A stretch of DNA of 64,000 bases from Raillietiella orientalis. Lineage: Eukaryota. The notes beneath the pieces are model-generated. The model did no database searches, was not told where the DNA came from, and saw nothing but the letters and a program-made list of their open reading frames with translations. The translations under genes were made by a program, and so were the position numbers. Location of the stretch: NCBI GenBank assembly GCA_036172245.1, contig JAYWIR010000001.1, positions 7,874,001-7,938,000 of the forward strand, in the 5' to 3' direction. Shown here piece by piece: positions 24,857 through 40,720 of the stretch (position 1 is the first letter of the stretch; the number at the start of each line of letters is the position of its first letter).

Positions 24857-25850
24857 ATGGCAGTACTTATGCACATAATTTGTTTTTTTCTTCCTTGTGA
24901 GCTGCTAATTGCAAAGAGCGATGAGGCAAGCAAAAATAATGAATCGTTTTCAGTCTCGAAAACCAGATGACAGAGGAGGTGAGGTAAATAACAGTTTCAC
25001 TTCAAAGCCTCACTGTCGCATTGCATGATAGGTTCGTTTCATTTCAGTTCATGATGGCCTGCGGCAAGTTAAAAATGATCATAAATACCTTAATTGCTTC
25101 CACTCTGTAGAAATGGCGATGTCATCAGCAGCCCTTTTTTCATCATCTCCAATTAACATGCACACTAATATTTAGGTTTCAGTGAGTGAACTAAACCATG
25201 TTACAATAAATCAACTGAAATCCAGTTTTAAAAACTGAAATCAATTCGTATCCGATGCATGGATCTGGATTCAACATGTAAATTATAAACCTTAAATATG
25301 CTACATATTATGAACTACTATACTTGTTATTTATTTGAGTATTTTGCTAATATACTTTCCTAATAAGCAGGTTCATACTGAAGGAAACCAAAACATACCC
25401 TTGAAAAGGACAACAAGCTTCGCGTTTGGGGTATTCAAAATAGCGATTATGGGTATATAGACTAGACACTGAGTGTCATTTGACATTTTTTTAAAAAGGA
25501 AATGAAAATACGCTTCCCACGTAGTCAAAAAGCTATAAGCAAGAGTCTAACTATCATTTTAACAAAGAAAGCTTCCTGAAGAGCTTCAATGCACCTCTAC
25601 ATATCATGAGTATTAGAGTGCATAAATAGAATAGTACTATAGGGCTGCTTTATCTAGTGGTTAATTCATTTATGTTTTGCCTTTTATGTAGTCTCTGGCA
25701 AAATTTGCAATTGCAGAATTTTCTACAAAATGAAGGCAAGTATCCAATCTATCAATGCCAAATGCAAACTGTGACCAAAAGGATTTCAGAGAATAGATCT
25801 GTAATGTTTCATAAGAAAACAGCCTTAAAAGTATGCATGATATCGAATGC
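24857..25850 (+). pseudogene. Possible fragments of an Ig-domain secreted-protein gene or pseudogene (model not resolved)
   Basis: Hydrophobic leader MAVLMHIICFFLPCELLIA at 24857. KHTLEKDNKLRVWGIQNSDYG (~25390-25453) and IYQCQMQT..KKTALKV (~25747-25833) resemble Ig E/F/G strands. No clean spliced ORF could be built. Confidence 0.2.
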
Positions 25851-27735
25851 TTCCTTAGAAATCCAATGCATTTATTAAAAGCAAGTGCATGCTTTTTGTG
25901 CAAGGAATTGATCTGTGCTCATCTTCAGCTAAACAAGGAATATTTTATGGCATTCAAGGAACTTCTTAGTCCATTTTTAACAAGAAAAAGAAAAACAATC
26001 GAGTTGCATGGTTTTCGTTATACATGCTACTTCCAATGCCATCAATAAGCTGGTTTTGTTATACATGACATTCTTAAATTACAGGCATACTAATAAGCTC
26101 CTCAAATAAATTAAAATTGAATTAAAACAGTTACTGAATGAGATCACATTCTTCACTTATTTGACCGAAAGACTCAAATAATCGACATAAGTACTGTTAT
26201 ATTTGCAAGCTCTATTTGTTTGATTCATAAATTTTGGTGTGTACTGATAACTCCACACTGCTTCGAAAGCTTTCATTTAAAATAAGGCACGTTAAAAAAA
26301 AATTAAACACAAAGAAACTTATATTTCACATATTAATAAACATATTCAGGATGTTATAGATATTGTAAGAAACATACGAAACGATCTCGTATAGTTTCTT
26401 ATAATATCTTATATAAAAATTGAAAAATTATCTTCAGCAGGAGGCTGCTTCAGGAATTTAGTGATTAAGAACGAATTGCTGCAGCTGTTACAAGCAATGC
26501 AAAAGTATGATTGTCGGATATGGTATGGTATCAAGGTATTTTTGCTTTTATTTAAAGCCTGTAGATAATACATTATGACTATTTTTTCTTAAGAAGAAAG
26601 AAGTGGAAATAAAATTTCAAGAGCAAAAACGAAAACACAAAATAATCCCTCAAGTGAACATTTTATAGTTTTTCTTGTAGGATAATTATGGAAAACTACA
26701 TTTCTTAAAAAATACTCAGTGTTTTGCAATTCTCCAAAGTAAAGGAGTTGGAGTTGAAATCACCTCTTCTGTGCAGTTCAAATTTTGCTACTTTTCCTTT
26801 ACCGCGCTTTTAAACTTTAACTTCCTTGTTTAGGAATTCACTTCTAATCTGAATTTGTATTCTGTATTATGACTAAAGACACATATTACTGGAAAGTTTC
26901 TTGCGCAATTCGTCAGAATTTTGTGAAGAGCCTTTAACAAGCAGAATAGAAAATCCAATAGGGAAAACAAATACAAAACATATCAAATAAAGAAAGCAGC
27001 CTTTTATATGTTTAAATATATTTTTCTTATCTTACCAATTGAAATATGAACGGTCGGAATAGGATATTTGTTTTTAGATAAGATTAGAACTTGATCGAAA
27101 GAATACAACAAATCAAGAATATTTTTCCTCCATCCATTGGCATAAATGGAAAGAAAATATTTCGAAAGTATGCAATTTATTTTTTGGTTTTTGGATTATG
27201 CAAGAGATACAAAAGCCTTGCTTGAGTAACTACTTGAATGCGTTATATAATGAAGAATAGTTTTAATCTATCACAGTTAATGCTTAAAAAGCTTCTGAAT
27301 CCATATAAAACAGCAATTTATATACACTACATGTGTTTTATCTGTTTGTTCATTGCCCTTTTTATTATCGCAAGAATTCTTAATGTCTTTGGAGCAGTCG
27401 ATTCCAATGCCAAAGCATGTTTGTAAATTATTTTTCAAATCCTCATTATGGAACACAAGAACTTGAATTTGTAACGAAATCCTTTACTTGGAATTGTAAC
27501 ACGTACATCACTTTTGTAACAAGTTTGATTTTCAGCCGCTCAGAACACAGCACACAGCCTGCCTTTATTTTCATCGTCTTTTATAGTCGCATTTAAATAA
27601 AGTGTATAAGCTGAGGACTTAACAATTTTTGTTTAAATTTAAATTAAAGTTTTTTACCGGTGTTGTAGTTGGTAGAGCCGGTAAAGAGTTCATTTTCGTG
27701 CCGATAGGGAGATCGTTCTCAGTTGAAATATTGAA

Positions 27736-30325
<2,590 letters not shown>

Positions 30326-30330
30326 CTGTG

Positions 30331-31184
30331 CTATCGCAGATAGCCACGCAAATTTTGTAGCTCAATAATATTCGAAAGAAAACAGCCAGTGATTGCACAG
30401 ATGCAGTTGGGAATGGGCCATACCTATAATAAAGGTTAATACAGATCATGTGGTTATTGGCTGAAATTGTCATGTTCCTTCCAACCTGCCATGGTACATC
30501 CCAATCTAATGGGATGACCACTGAGCCCAGCCATGCACCTCCTACTGTTAAATACATGTGCCTATTGCAATACGTGCCCCTAATTATAAGGAAAAATCGA
30601 TTAGTTGGAATGAAAATCAGTTCACCTGGATTCATCAGATAGAATGAGATCATAAACAGAACACTGTTGTATGTTTTGAACAATGTACAAGGGGATTGTT
30701 ACCAATGAAGCCATGAGGACGGCGAAGCAAAGGTTCTCCTGAAATGTCCTACCATCATCATGGCAAAATTTTATTGCATCTATTTTTTTACTGTTTTACT
30801 TACTGCACTAAAGTAGCACCAAATAATACAGCTGCTGCATAGAAAGTTGCCACTGAAGCAGACACAAGAATCATGAACTGTTTCCCTAGCTGATAGTTCA
30901 AGTTCAAAAACAAAACAAAGCAAAATATATATATATATACATATACATATACACACACACATATATTTTCGAGGTACCTGCCACTGTGATTCTTGAAAAG
31001 TGCCATATTTTCTATGTGACTGCGAAGTTCGCCAATACCAGTAGAAAATAATGTTTGTAAAGAAAAATGCACTTGCTTGCCACCAATATGACTGTAGAGA
31101 TGTGAATGAAGAAACACAAAAGCAATGCAGCAATGGCACCAAGCAACAAATCAATAAATTCATTTTTACAAACACCCTTAACAT
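30331..31184 (-). CDS. PIGF: GPI-anchor biosynthesis protein PIG-F (Gpi11), exons 30978-31184, 30804-30889, 30626-30748, 30486-30579, 30331-30423 (~200 aa); possible extra 12-nt first exon 31238-31249
   Basis: VLFGATL, ENLCFAVLMASLVTIP and the hallmark GAWLGSVVIPLDWDVPWQ|VWPIPNC; all GT-AG introns phase-compatible. Confidence 0.9.
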
Positions 31185-31245
31185 CTGCATAAAAACATAA
31201 ATTGTATGATAATTATTAACAAATTTATATTCCAAACTGCTCCCA

Positions 31246-34200
31246 TCATCGCATTAAAATAACTGGGAATGCTTTTGTAATAATGTGATCTCCTTCCAAA
31301 ATTATCTGTAAGTCGACCTCGAATCCTAGAACGACATTGACACGTAACACTTTAAGGTTTTTTCGTACCGATTTTGAAAACAGGCGTGTCAACCGATGGG
31401 CATGCAAATAAACGTGGAATGACCATATGCATGGGGATCCCTATTCCCTGGAGCACGTTCCCATCACCGATTTGTATGGTTTGTATCTCTGATCCTAGGT
31501 GATTTTGAGAAAGATTGAAATAAAATGAAATAAAGTAAACATATTTACTTTCTTCATAAATGCCATCGACACTCTCGATACGTTTTAGAGTAAGTTCTAG
31601 GGATTTGATAGGTATACCACAAGTCATCACTATTATCTATAAATACCAGAATGCATACAGAGCAGGTAACCGAAACATTCGGAATGTTGTAATTCTTATA
31701 AATGCAAATAATTTATACCTCTCCAGAAAATGGTTTTCTGAGGACACATGATGTGGAATCTAATTTTCCCTTAATTAAAAAATTCGGAATGGACACGCTA
31801 TCACTGTTCTGTATGGAAGAAGAATCGATGATGAACTCCAAGGGAGTCTCCTTCGAGTCATTATTTTCCTACTTCAAACAGTGTTTACCTTATAAATACT
31901 CATTATTTTACCTTCCATTCCAGAAGAAATTCTTGGGCCTTTTGCTGATCCCTGCCCAACAAAGTAGGCTTTCTTACTTCACACTTTACGATGTATTGTA
32001 CATTGATGAGATTACCATGGTACGTTTCGTACAAAACAAACCCCGATTTCGCAAGCAATACGAATTCGAACGGGATTTCATTACTACCAGGATTGAGTTT
32101 TCCAGGTTTCGCAATTTCAAGATCACTGGATAGCAACTGTACTGTCTAATACAACAAAATACAACAGTTCAGTGGATTAAAAAAGGAGAGAAAATGGTTG
32201 GGTGATAAGCATGTTCACTTGATTTTACCACAATAGAACGATGCAAATACGTATAAACTTGTACTCCAGTTTCAAGAAAAGATCAACAGTGAGATGAAAT
32301 CCCTGTTACACAACACGGAATCCTTACGTTAGATGGACGAAACACGCAATCATTGCACAACACGAAATCTAAAAAAAAAAAACAAAAAGCCAACAAACAA
32401 CGATCCAGGAAATGCTGGAGATCAACGAAATCCAGCAAAAAGGATCGATGACTGTGCAGCACACGATTAACACAGGTCGTACATTCACGCTTACAAAACT
32501 CAAAATTCATAGGGAAATTTCGTTCGGGCCCCATGCTTTTCCCTAACAGCGTTTCGAAGAGAAGCCTCTCCTATTTAGGGCACCTAAACACCCCAGCTCG
32601 TGATACTGACGAAACGACAACGTGTGAGTCTGCGTCCCGCGTTCACTTGGCAACGGTTGCACTTGTTCTCGGTTTGCTTCTCGAGCTTGAAAGCAATCTC
32701 AAAGGAGAAAGCCTGGAGAGCTCGTCTTCCCAGTCACACATACGTCGCGAAAGGACAATGTAATAATGATACGAAGAGCGATACAGACTCATTTGGAACA
32801 CGCATATGTGAAGGTTGTTCTTTTTTCTTCCCCCCCACCCCACCTCCCCGCCCCCCAACACCCAAATACACCCGATGAGCCACCCTGCCTGCTAAAAACC
32901 AATGAGTATAAGCCAATGCAACAACAACAACGAAAAGCTGAGAACAAGGGGGGTCACCGCCAGGTACATGGGAGGGGCACACAAACGCACACGAGCAGGG
33001 AGAAACTGTTTCCTTAAATGAAAATTTTCATCCAAGTGAGCCCCCAATGTGAACGCACCTCGCAAAGTGCAAATTGAAACACACCGTAATTACGCATTAC
33101 TTTAAAGCAATAGCCGAAGGGGGGGATCTCGAAGAAGTGGACAGCGGCCGTCCACAGTTAAAATTGGTGTCCACTCGATGCGACCCACGAACGACGACGA
33201 ACTCGCTGGGGTCAATGATGAATTCTGACGGGTCAGTGCTCAATCATCAACGATCATCCAACTGCTTGTCCACAAGAAACGGACTTTAGTTAAAGATCGG
33301 TCCATCATAAAGGGGATTCCAGGAAATGATCAATGCAATAATCTCATGTTCATTACGTCGCTGGTAATTGCGAGCACTAAAAGGAAACAAATTTTGTATT
33401 TTTCGATGCCAGTTCGATAATTCGTACCGGAAAGCCGTGAAGCCTCACTGTACGTCATTTATAAGTTTTGGACATCATCATCAAAAACTGCGACTTAACT
33501 ACACGTCGAAGCAAATAAAACAAAGCACTTGATTTGGTACAGTCATTTTCCTGAAGGCCAGAATAAATTTCGAAAGTTGATGACACATATAGCACTGGAT
33601 GCTTCTTTACTGCTTTCGAATTTTACCAATCGGTGTACACATTTTTTCATTTTTTAGTCTGCTTCATCGGTAGAATTCAATCCACTAAACAAATTCTTAA
33701 CTTCGAGATCATTGAAGCTGTCGGGTAAATCTTATCACATACATACCCACGGTACACTCAGCATGCAGTAGAAGCATGAAGAACACAAAGTAAAATCGAT
33801 CAACAAAGTTTCTAGATCCATGAAAAAAAAATGAATAAATAAATCAGAATCTCGACATTAACCAACGCTACACACACTTATCCGTAATGAAGCACAGTCA
33901 GCTTATTACTAAAATGCCTAGAATGATGGAAACGGCCCGAAACCAAATGTTTCTGCAACCCGATCTTCAGTGTGGTTAGAAAGCTTCAGATCGGCTAACT
34001 GCACGTTTTTCGGAAAATGTCTTTCAGCAGAAAGCCGACAACCACACACAAACCTCGCAATACGTCCCGTGGTACATACAACTCTTTCGTACTTCAGCGT
34101 GCCCTGTAAGGGTCACAAGGATCGCAGAACTGACGTTCCGACTTAATACGAGGCGCCGAAATCCGGGAACGAAAACCTAAAACCTGAATGACATCTACAA

Positions 34201-36826
34201 TATTCGGTACAGAAGTTAACATGTTTTGAATCTCCACCAAACCGATTGGCCTCATGCAGAAACACGAAAACTAAATGCTCTTCCAATAAGTAAGAACTGA
34301 AATGGAGCAATGTATGCGACACGGAAATTAGACACAATGACACACTCGAAATGCCAAATACAAAACGGTAAAATAAATACAGCGTTTGAAAATAATATTT
34401 GAAAATACTGACGTCTCACCTTCATTTTATGTAAAGGCTGGAAAATTGATTTGGCATTCTGCAATATCCTAACCAAACCCTCAATGCTGATGAATATACC
34501 ATTATGTTTATATTCATGCTTCACTGTGATGACGACTGTACCTTGGAGTCGATCCTACCGAAATAAAAAATCATTCATTTATGATTACATCATCAACTCG
34601 GGTAATATGAAGTATTTCTTCCATTTATTATACTCGGCTATTGTCTTTGTTTGGAATAATTCGAAAAGCTGAATAAACAAATCAAAACAATTTATCTGGT
34701 CACTACGAGATCCCATATTTTAAAATGCAAACTATTGCAGGTAAGAATTTTGAATTTATCACTCAGTTTTTATGGTGTCAACAAGAGCAGGGCATTGAAA
34801 CAGAGCCAAGAATGTATTTGTTGCTATCAGCTTTCCATGGACAGATCCCAGGTAACAATGTAATATAAAGGGAGACTGAACATGAAATGTAATATAAAGG
34901 AATCTGTCATAAATACTCATACATAGGAATATTATATATTTTCCAAGAATGAATTTTATAACTAAACTGCATATAGAATCCAGGAACCTGTGCATACAAG
35001 ACTGCACCCCTTTTGTACTAAAAAATGATTTTCAAAATGCACAGGTTTAAAAGAATTGATCTAAAGCTAATAGCACCCTTTAAGCTACACCAACTCATCT
35101 TAGATACTTGATGAAATAAAACTCTGAACTATTTGCAGAGATCATTCAGGTAAGTACATTAAGAAACTAGTTTCAATGATTAAAGAAAAATATTACAACA
35201 ACAAATGAACCTATGCAAATAAACAAAATTGACACAACATAATACAGATACATAAATAATGAGTTTTATATATCCGATAGGGTACCTCAAATGAAAATCT
35301 AACAAACAAGGTCTACAAAATTATTTTTGAATGTATCATGCATGTGCTTTAAAAGGGGTGGGGAAGGGGCAATTTCATTACAGACTGAAGCAACAACAAT
35401 TAAAGGCTCAAAGAAAGAAAAAGAGCTATACCAGGGCTAAAGAATACAAAAGCATGTAATTTAAATACACTTTTGCATCAACAAAACAAACAAGAAAAAT
35501 GATAAACCTCCTCCATATCTAATATACAGCACAATTATTATAAGCCATGAAAAACATACATTACATGTTCCTAAACAAAAACTGGATAATTTCTCCCTAA
35601 ATTCCACTAACCTTTGTTCTCATCACTCCAAATTAGAGACACACTTTGTTGCATTACAGTGATCAGAATAGTCACGTGGTATGACATGTATAATTAAGGT
35701 TACTGATAATAGTCAAACTACTGATTGAACTGTTCAGAGCTTGCTAGGAGCTAAAATCTGGGTGTAAAACGGATGAAAGAGAAAGTTGACATGAAATCCA
35801 TACAATTCATACACACATTTCACCTTAAACTTAATATTTACATTCTTTTTCCAATCCTAATTTCAAACAGCCAACTTTGATACAATGTACTTATAACATA
35901 GCAAAAATTCAGTTTTGATTCATCAGATAATTTTTGAACATTTGTTATGCAAATAATTAATAATTTCACTTTTTCCTGCACTGTTGCTTTGAAACTATTT
36001 CACAAGATAAATAAGATTATCCGAAGATCCAAATAAGGTATATTTTTCCTCAATCTTCAAAATTATTATTTTATGGAACCATATTTTAAATCAGAAATGA
36101 ACTTTAAATCCTTTAACACATCAAATGTATCCACAGATTAGTTCATCTGCATCCCATCTGTATTACTTGATACTTTAGAAAATATGTCCCTGAATTTCCT
36201 ACAACAGATATTTCTTAAAACTCGAATTTATGTGCTTTTACGTGGTAAGAAGACCGTTTTAAGATTACATGGGCGAGAAAATTTATTTTGATGAAACAAG
36301 CTTGCATTCTCCCTACTGCCTTCGGCATATCATAACTGAGATCGGTTTTAAATAATGTGAAAGCAAACTTTAAACGATTCGAAAGGCATCTGAGGAAACC
36401 CCAAAGATATCTTAGCAGTAGAAAAATGTTTGCGAGCAACTTTCATTTAAACAATAAAATGTTATTTTGGTTAGTGATTATTACTTTTCAAGTTTGCAGT
36501 ATCATATATGCAATAAAAACATCAAGTTAGGAAGAAAAATGACAACTCCATGTCTTTAGTTGGTTACATTCAGTGCAAGGCTTAGAAAGGCGGGCACATT
36601 TTCGCAAACTTTCATTTCTAATGAAAATTATGCATCATTAACCCTAATAGTGGTTCCGTTAACTTAGACGTGCAGTTTACGCTTGCGATAGCCAAAAACG
36701 TGATTTCATTTTGTACACATTCTCGGGGCTCAATCCTGGCAGTGGTTGAAAGCAAGCACTTACCTCTTCATGGTAAATTTTCGATACTCTGTCCAGACAA
36801 ATTTCAATATTTAACACATTGGACAT
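31246..36826 (-). CDS. VPS26C: Retriever subunit VPS26C (DSCR3), 7 exons (36764-36826, 34420-34554, 31912-32145, 31719-31868, 31549-31636, 31369-31494, 31246-31325), ~291 aa
   Basis: MSNVLNIEICLDRVSKIYHEE|DRLQGTVVI, KPGKLNPGSNEIPFEF, LYETYHGNLINVQY, IKSLELTLKRIES, EIQTIQIGDGNV, PRLFACP and FEVDLQIILEGDHIITKAFP match recalled DSCR3 motifs. Confidence 0.93.
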
Positions 36827-37827
36827 GGCAGACTTAGACGTAAACTTTGGTAATCATCACGCATTCATTAATAAAAGATGTAATTATTCTCATGATTAAT
36901 TCAAAACTTACTGAAGCAATTCATAGTTACCAACTGTCAATAAACTAATGCAGATTAAGGATGCATAGAAAAACTTAAGAAAAGAAGAGATTTATAGCGA
37001 AGAAAGCTTCAGCTTTCAGGTTAAAACTTCAACTTATTTATCGATTCATACAATAATTTCGGAATCATATCAATGTGATAATAGGACACGAAAATTACAT
37101 GGTCATCCTTGCTGCTTTTAAAACAAGCTATTGAATCAAAATCACCCAATTTATCAACAAGATACACTCTCCAATCTATACTTTGGAGAATTAAATTAAA
37201 AATCGCGGATAAAATGCCAATCAGTAGTGGAGCATACTTGTGTATGTGGCAGGCGAGACAAAGTATTACCGAGGGAAAACATAGGCAAAGATAGATTAGA
37301 ATAAGCAATGATCTGGGAACGAACTGTGAATGCAAGATAAGCTATCCTATCTATTCATATCATATACGGATCCCACTTTGACTTCTCAAAATATTAAAAC
37401 CACTTTTAAAGAACAAAAAACTTTTTCCCTAGACAGGGGATAAGACCATTGCTCCAAACACGGATTCTGACGATTTACTCAGAAAACAATGTGTGCAAGA
37501 TCCTCAGACTTACTGTAGGCTGCTAGACACTGGAGATCTACTTCCGTGCAGCCTCATCACGATGAAACGAATAAGCATCACTCTGAAAAAGATGCATCTC
37601 CATTCTGGAGTAAAAAGGTTAGACATTCCAGCGAATCACGAATACAAACGACCATTGCAAATTGCAGCGGCAAAAGGGAAGAAGAAGACAACCGTCGTGA
37701 ACAATTTGCTGGAAATGAACCAACAGATGGTGGCATCCGGTACTTTAGGGAAAGGCTACAAAGAGCCGGAGAAGCCCCCGAACAGTCTGCCCTTGGAAGC
37801 GGAAAAATCTACAATGTGAGGAGCGAC

Positions 37828-39043
37828 GAGCGTCCCAGATACGCAGAGGCTGATTCGCGGGAGAATGCCTGCAGTGCCCCCTCCCTCACACCCCCTGTAA
37901 CCTGGTTCTTCACTCCAAAAGGAAGCCCTGAACTTTGTCTCTCCGAAATGAGAGACAAAAGGTGGCTACACCGTGAATAACTGAGGCGTCCTCCCCGTGA
38001 AGAACCTTGTCAAGTTTCTGACAGCTTGTTTGGAAATCTTGTTCTTGACCGAACGTCAGCGGGAGAAACATTGCCGAACGCCTCTATCTGTGCAGCGGAG
38101 TCTGCTGAAAACTGAAATTTCATCCGTTTCCTCGAACAAATTCCCAATTTCAGAACCCAGGAGGATAATCCTCATGGACCGAAAGTTTTCGATGAGAAAA
38201 AACTATGGAGGACATGATTTACGTGGGCGAGCTACAGAGAAGCGGGTTTACAAACCGTTTCCCGGGTTCCTGGGAACACGGAAGCTCTTTCTTTCACGGA
38301 AGGCGGGTTGAGATCTCCATGGATTTCGTTCTTTGTTAAGCAAACGTGTCAGTGCATCGAGTGCCAGCAGGAAATTCTGCTTCGTACCAAGATGAGCGGT
38401 TCTCAGCATGCTCTGGTTGTGGAAGGCGAGAGTGATTGCTCGAGTGCACCCTTTTGCACTGCCGAGGCGGAGGAGCGGACCGCAGTAGGGGAGTTGCTGC
38501 GTGGCCGCGACAACGTATACGTTGAGGCGCGGCAGCGGGAAGCGTGGGAAACGTTCTCCTCGGCGTCTTCTTGGTCGTGGTCGGCAGGCAGCGCCGACGA
38601 CCACGCAGGAACGGTCGCTAGCCACGGCGGGACAGCCACGGAGGGACCATCAGCGCCATGCGCGCACGGGAGCCCGCGCCAAGCCAGGATGTGAGGAACC
38701 GCCTGGAAGAGTGGGCCGTCATCGGGGACAGGAGCTGTGCGACGGAGGACGGCAGAAGAGCCAGCACAGCCGACCGGAGATGCGGAACGGCGTCGTCCTG
38801 CTGCACCGAATGGACCTTTTTGTCGAGGGAATGTGTCGAAACGGACGGTGGCAGCGGTAGCTCGGTATGTTCGGAGCGGAACGGAGGCAGCGTCAGCGCA
38901 TGGGAACCGTGGACCAGCGACGTGAGCGACGTCCCGTTGCTGGATTCTTACCGTAGTGAAGGCGATGCACCGGGAGACGACTTCACCGCCGACTGGACGT
39001 ATTTCACGTCTTGCAGGGCTGAAGCGAAGTGGGACGTGGCGTG
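37828..39043 (+). repeat. ~1.2-kb segmental duplication, copy 1
   Basis: Colinear direct repeat of 58090-59303; about 30 differences counted by eye (~97% identity). Confidence 0.97.
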
Positions 39044-39482
39044 CGGCCTGGACGACGACTGTGCCGCGCGGCAGACAGCAGCGGCGGTGTCGGCCCCGGT
39101 GCAGGAGGCTCCTGCTTCCGACGGTGGACCTGGAGAAGGATGCGAGCGCAGTGTTTCGAATGAAGGCAGCAGCTGCGCGGCGGCGGCAGACGACAGCGGC
39201 GGCACGGACGACGGCAGCGCCAGCCTGGGCGGAGGCTGCGTTGCTGCAGTTCGCTCCGCTGCGCCCTCTTCGTGCCCGGTTGCCGCCAGCGGGACGAGCA
39301 GCAGCTCGTCCAGCGGACTCGCAGTCCCTGGCAGCGAACGAAAGCTCTGCAGTTCGGCTGCTGGCGCACGCATGGACCGGCTGGGAGACAGGCCGCCAGC
39401 TCGCCAATCCGGCGCGCGGGCCAGCGTGCTCCGGTTTTTCCGGTCGCTGCTTTGCTGCGTCTCCCCGGCTGCCGCTAGCTGA
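38392..39482 (+). CDS. Orphan Ser/Ala/Gly/acid-rich disordered protein, as two overlapping ORFs (38392-38694 and 38658-39482) in different frames; gene or young pseudogene
   Basis: 274-aa ORF with recurrent Trp motifs (EEWAVI, TEWTFL, ADWTYF), ending VLRFFRSLLCCVSPAAAS* and followed by AATAAA at ~39503. No family recognised. Confidence 0.4.
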
Positions 39483-40109
39483 GCGCCGGAATCGAAAAAT
39501 TGAATAAAAGTGTGCGTGTTCACCATTTGCTATCCCTGAATGGTTAGGCTGGGAAAGGCAGGTGCAACGGTTGCGTTGGTTCGAGTGTGCGTGGCCCATG
39601 GATGGCAGAGAAGCCACGTTTCGACTCCGGAGGCAAACGAGAACCAAATCAGCATTCGTGTGCTCACACCTGTCTTTTCGACAGTCGTACAGCGTGCGGG
39701 TTTTCCAGACGGAGAAAGAAGCCATTTCGTATGAGTCGCGCCCTGTTTGGCTAGGAAAAGCCTTGCGGGCACGTGAGAACGAAGCTTGGATTTCCCGCTT
39801 GGCGAAGACATGAACTCCACAATCGATGGAATGGATGTGCACTCAGCGTGGGTGTGCAAACGGAATGCACATTTCGGAGGATGTTAATTGCTGAGCGTTT
39901 CCACTCGCAATAAAAATCGCGCCTTCTACCGAGTTGTACAGTGCTGAAAGCCACTCGGCACCGAATGCGTATTCCCTGAGGAAAGGTTTCCGTTCTTCTA
40001 GTGAAAGTGCGTGCATTGGGGGAAACGGTTGTGTGTGAGGTGGACGGCAACAGTTGAATGTGCTCCAGAAATGCGTGGGAGGGAATTTCTCGGAAAACAC
40101 AAATTGGTG

Positions 40110-40690
40110 TCAACCCTTGTGAAGCGGATGAGAACTAGCAATGAGATCTCGCCAAAGTGGTTGCTTCGGAATATGTGTTGTTTTCATCTGGAATGGGAAT
40201 TCTTGAAGCTGTGTTTGCAAGAAGGATTGGGGCTTTTCTTCGATTTCCTGGATTTTTTCTGAATGTTGCCCGTGTCCATCGTGCGTGGTCACGAAGAAGC
40301 GGATCTCGGAAATGGTAAGCAGGACGGACGAGAGTGAGGATCCGCATTTGCAAAGATGGATGAGTAGGTTGACCAGCTGCCACCATGCACAACGGAGTCT
40401 TTCACGATCCATTCATTCGGAGTTGCCTTGAACACGTTGCCTTCTGCCTCAGTTTTCCGGTTTTCCTAAGCGAAATTGATCCGCTGTTCGTTCCATGCCA
40501 CCTGAAGTTCCCAACCCTTCCTCCATTGTGCTCTCTTTGTGAATGACAAGCTTTCCCCATTCCCGCATCAGCACTTTCTGATTTTTGGGAAGAATGATCT
40601 TGAGAGTACCGGAGCCATATGCATGGAGGTTTCCTACATGAACAGATGTGTCCAAGGTACGTTCCTGTCCAATGTGCCAATGTGTCGCGG
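40110..40690 (-). mobile_element. Degenerate L1/Tx1-like ORF2 fragment (post-RT region), boundaries approximate
   Basis: REWGKLVIHKESTMEEGLG resembles the W..L..PK..GGLG motif; multiple stops. Confidence 0.35.
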
Positions 40691-40720
40691 AACGACACAT
40701 TGGCACATTCGACAGGAACG
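40660..40720. repeat. Inverted repeat / hairpin, 28-bp arms (1 mismatch), 5-nt loop
   Basis: CGTTCCTGTCCAATGTGCCAATGTGTCG-CGGAA-CGACACATTGGCACATTCGACAGGAACG. Confidence 0.95.

Noticed and set aside
27657-27720. tRNA-like A box (AGTTGGTAGAGC)
   Set aside because: No B box or cloverleaf; lies in the likely PSMC1 5' UTR.
34589-34716. Nearby alternative first exons for VPS26C (MEEILH... or MGSPFR...)
   Set aside because: The exon at 36764-36826 has a GTAAGT donor and matches the family N-terminus much better.
38403-39842. 479-aa minus-strand ORF
   Set aside because: Ala/Arg-rich antisense frame of the GC-rich orphan ORF; no domain.
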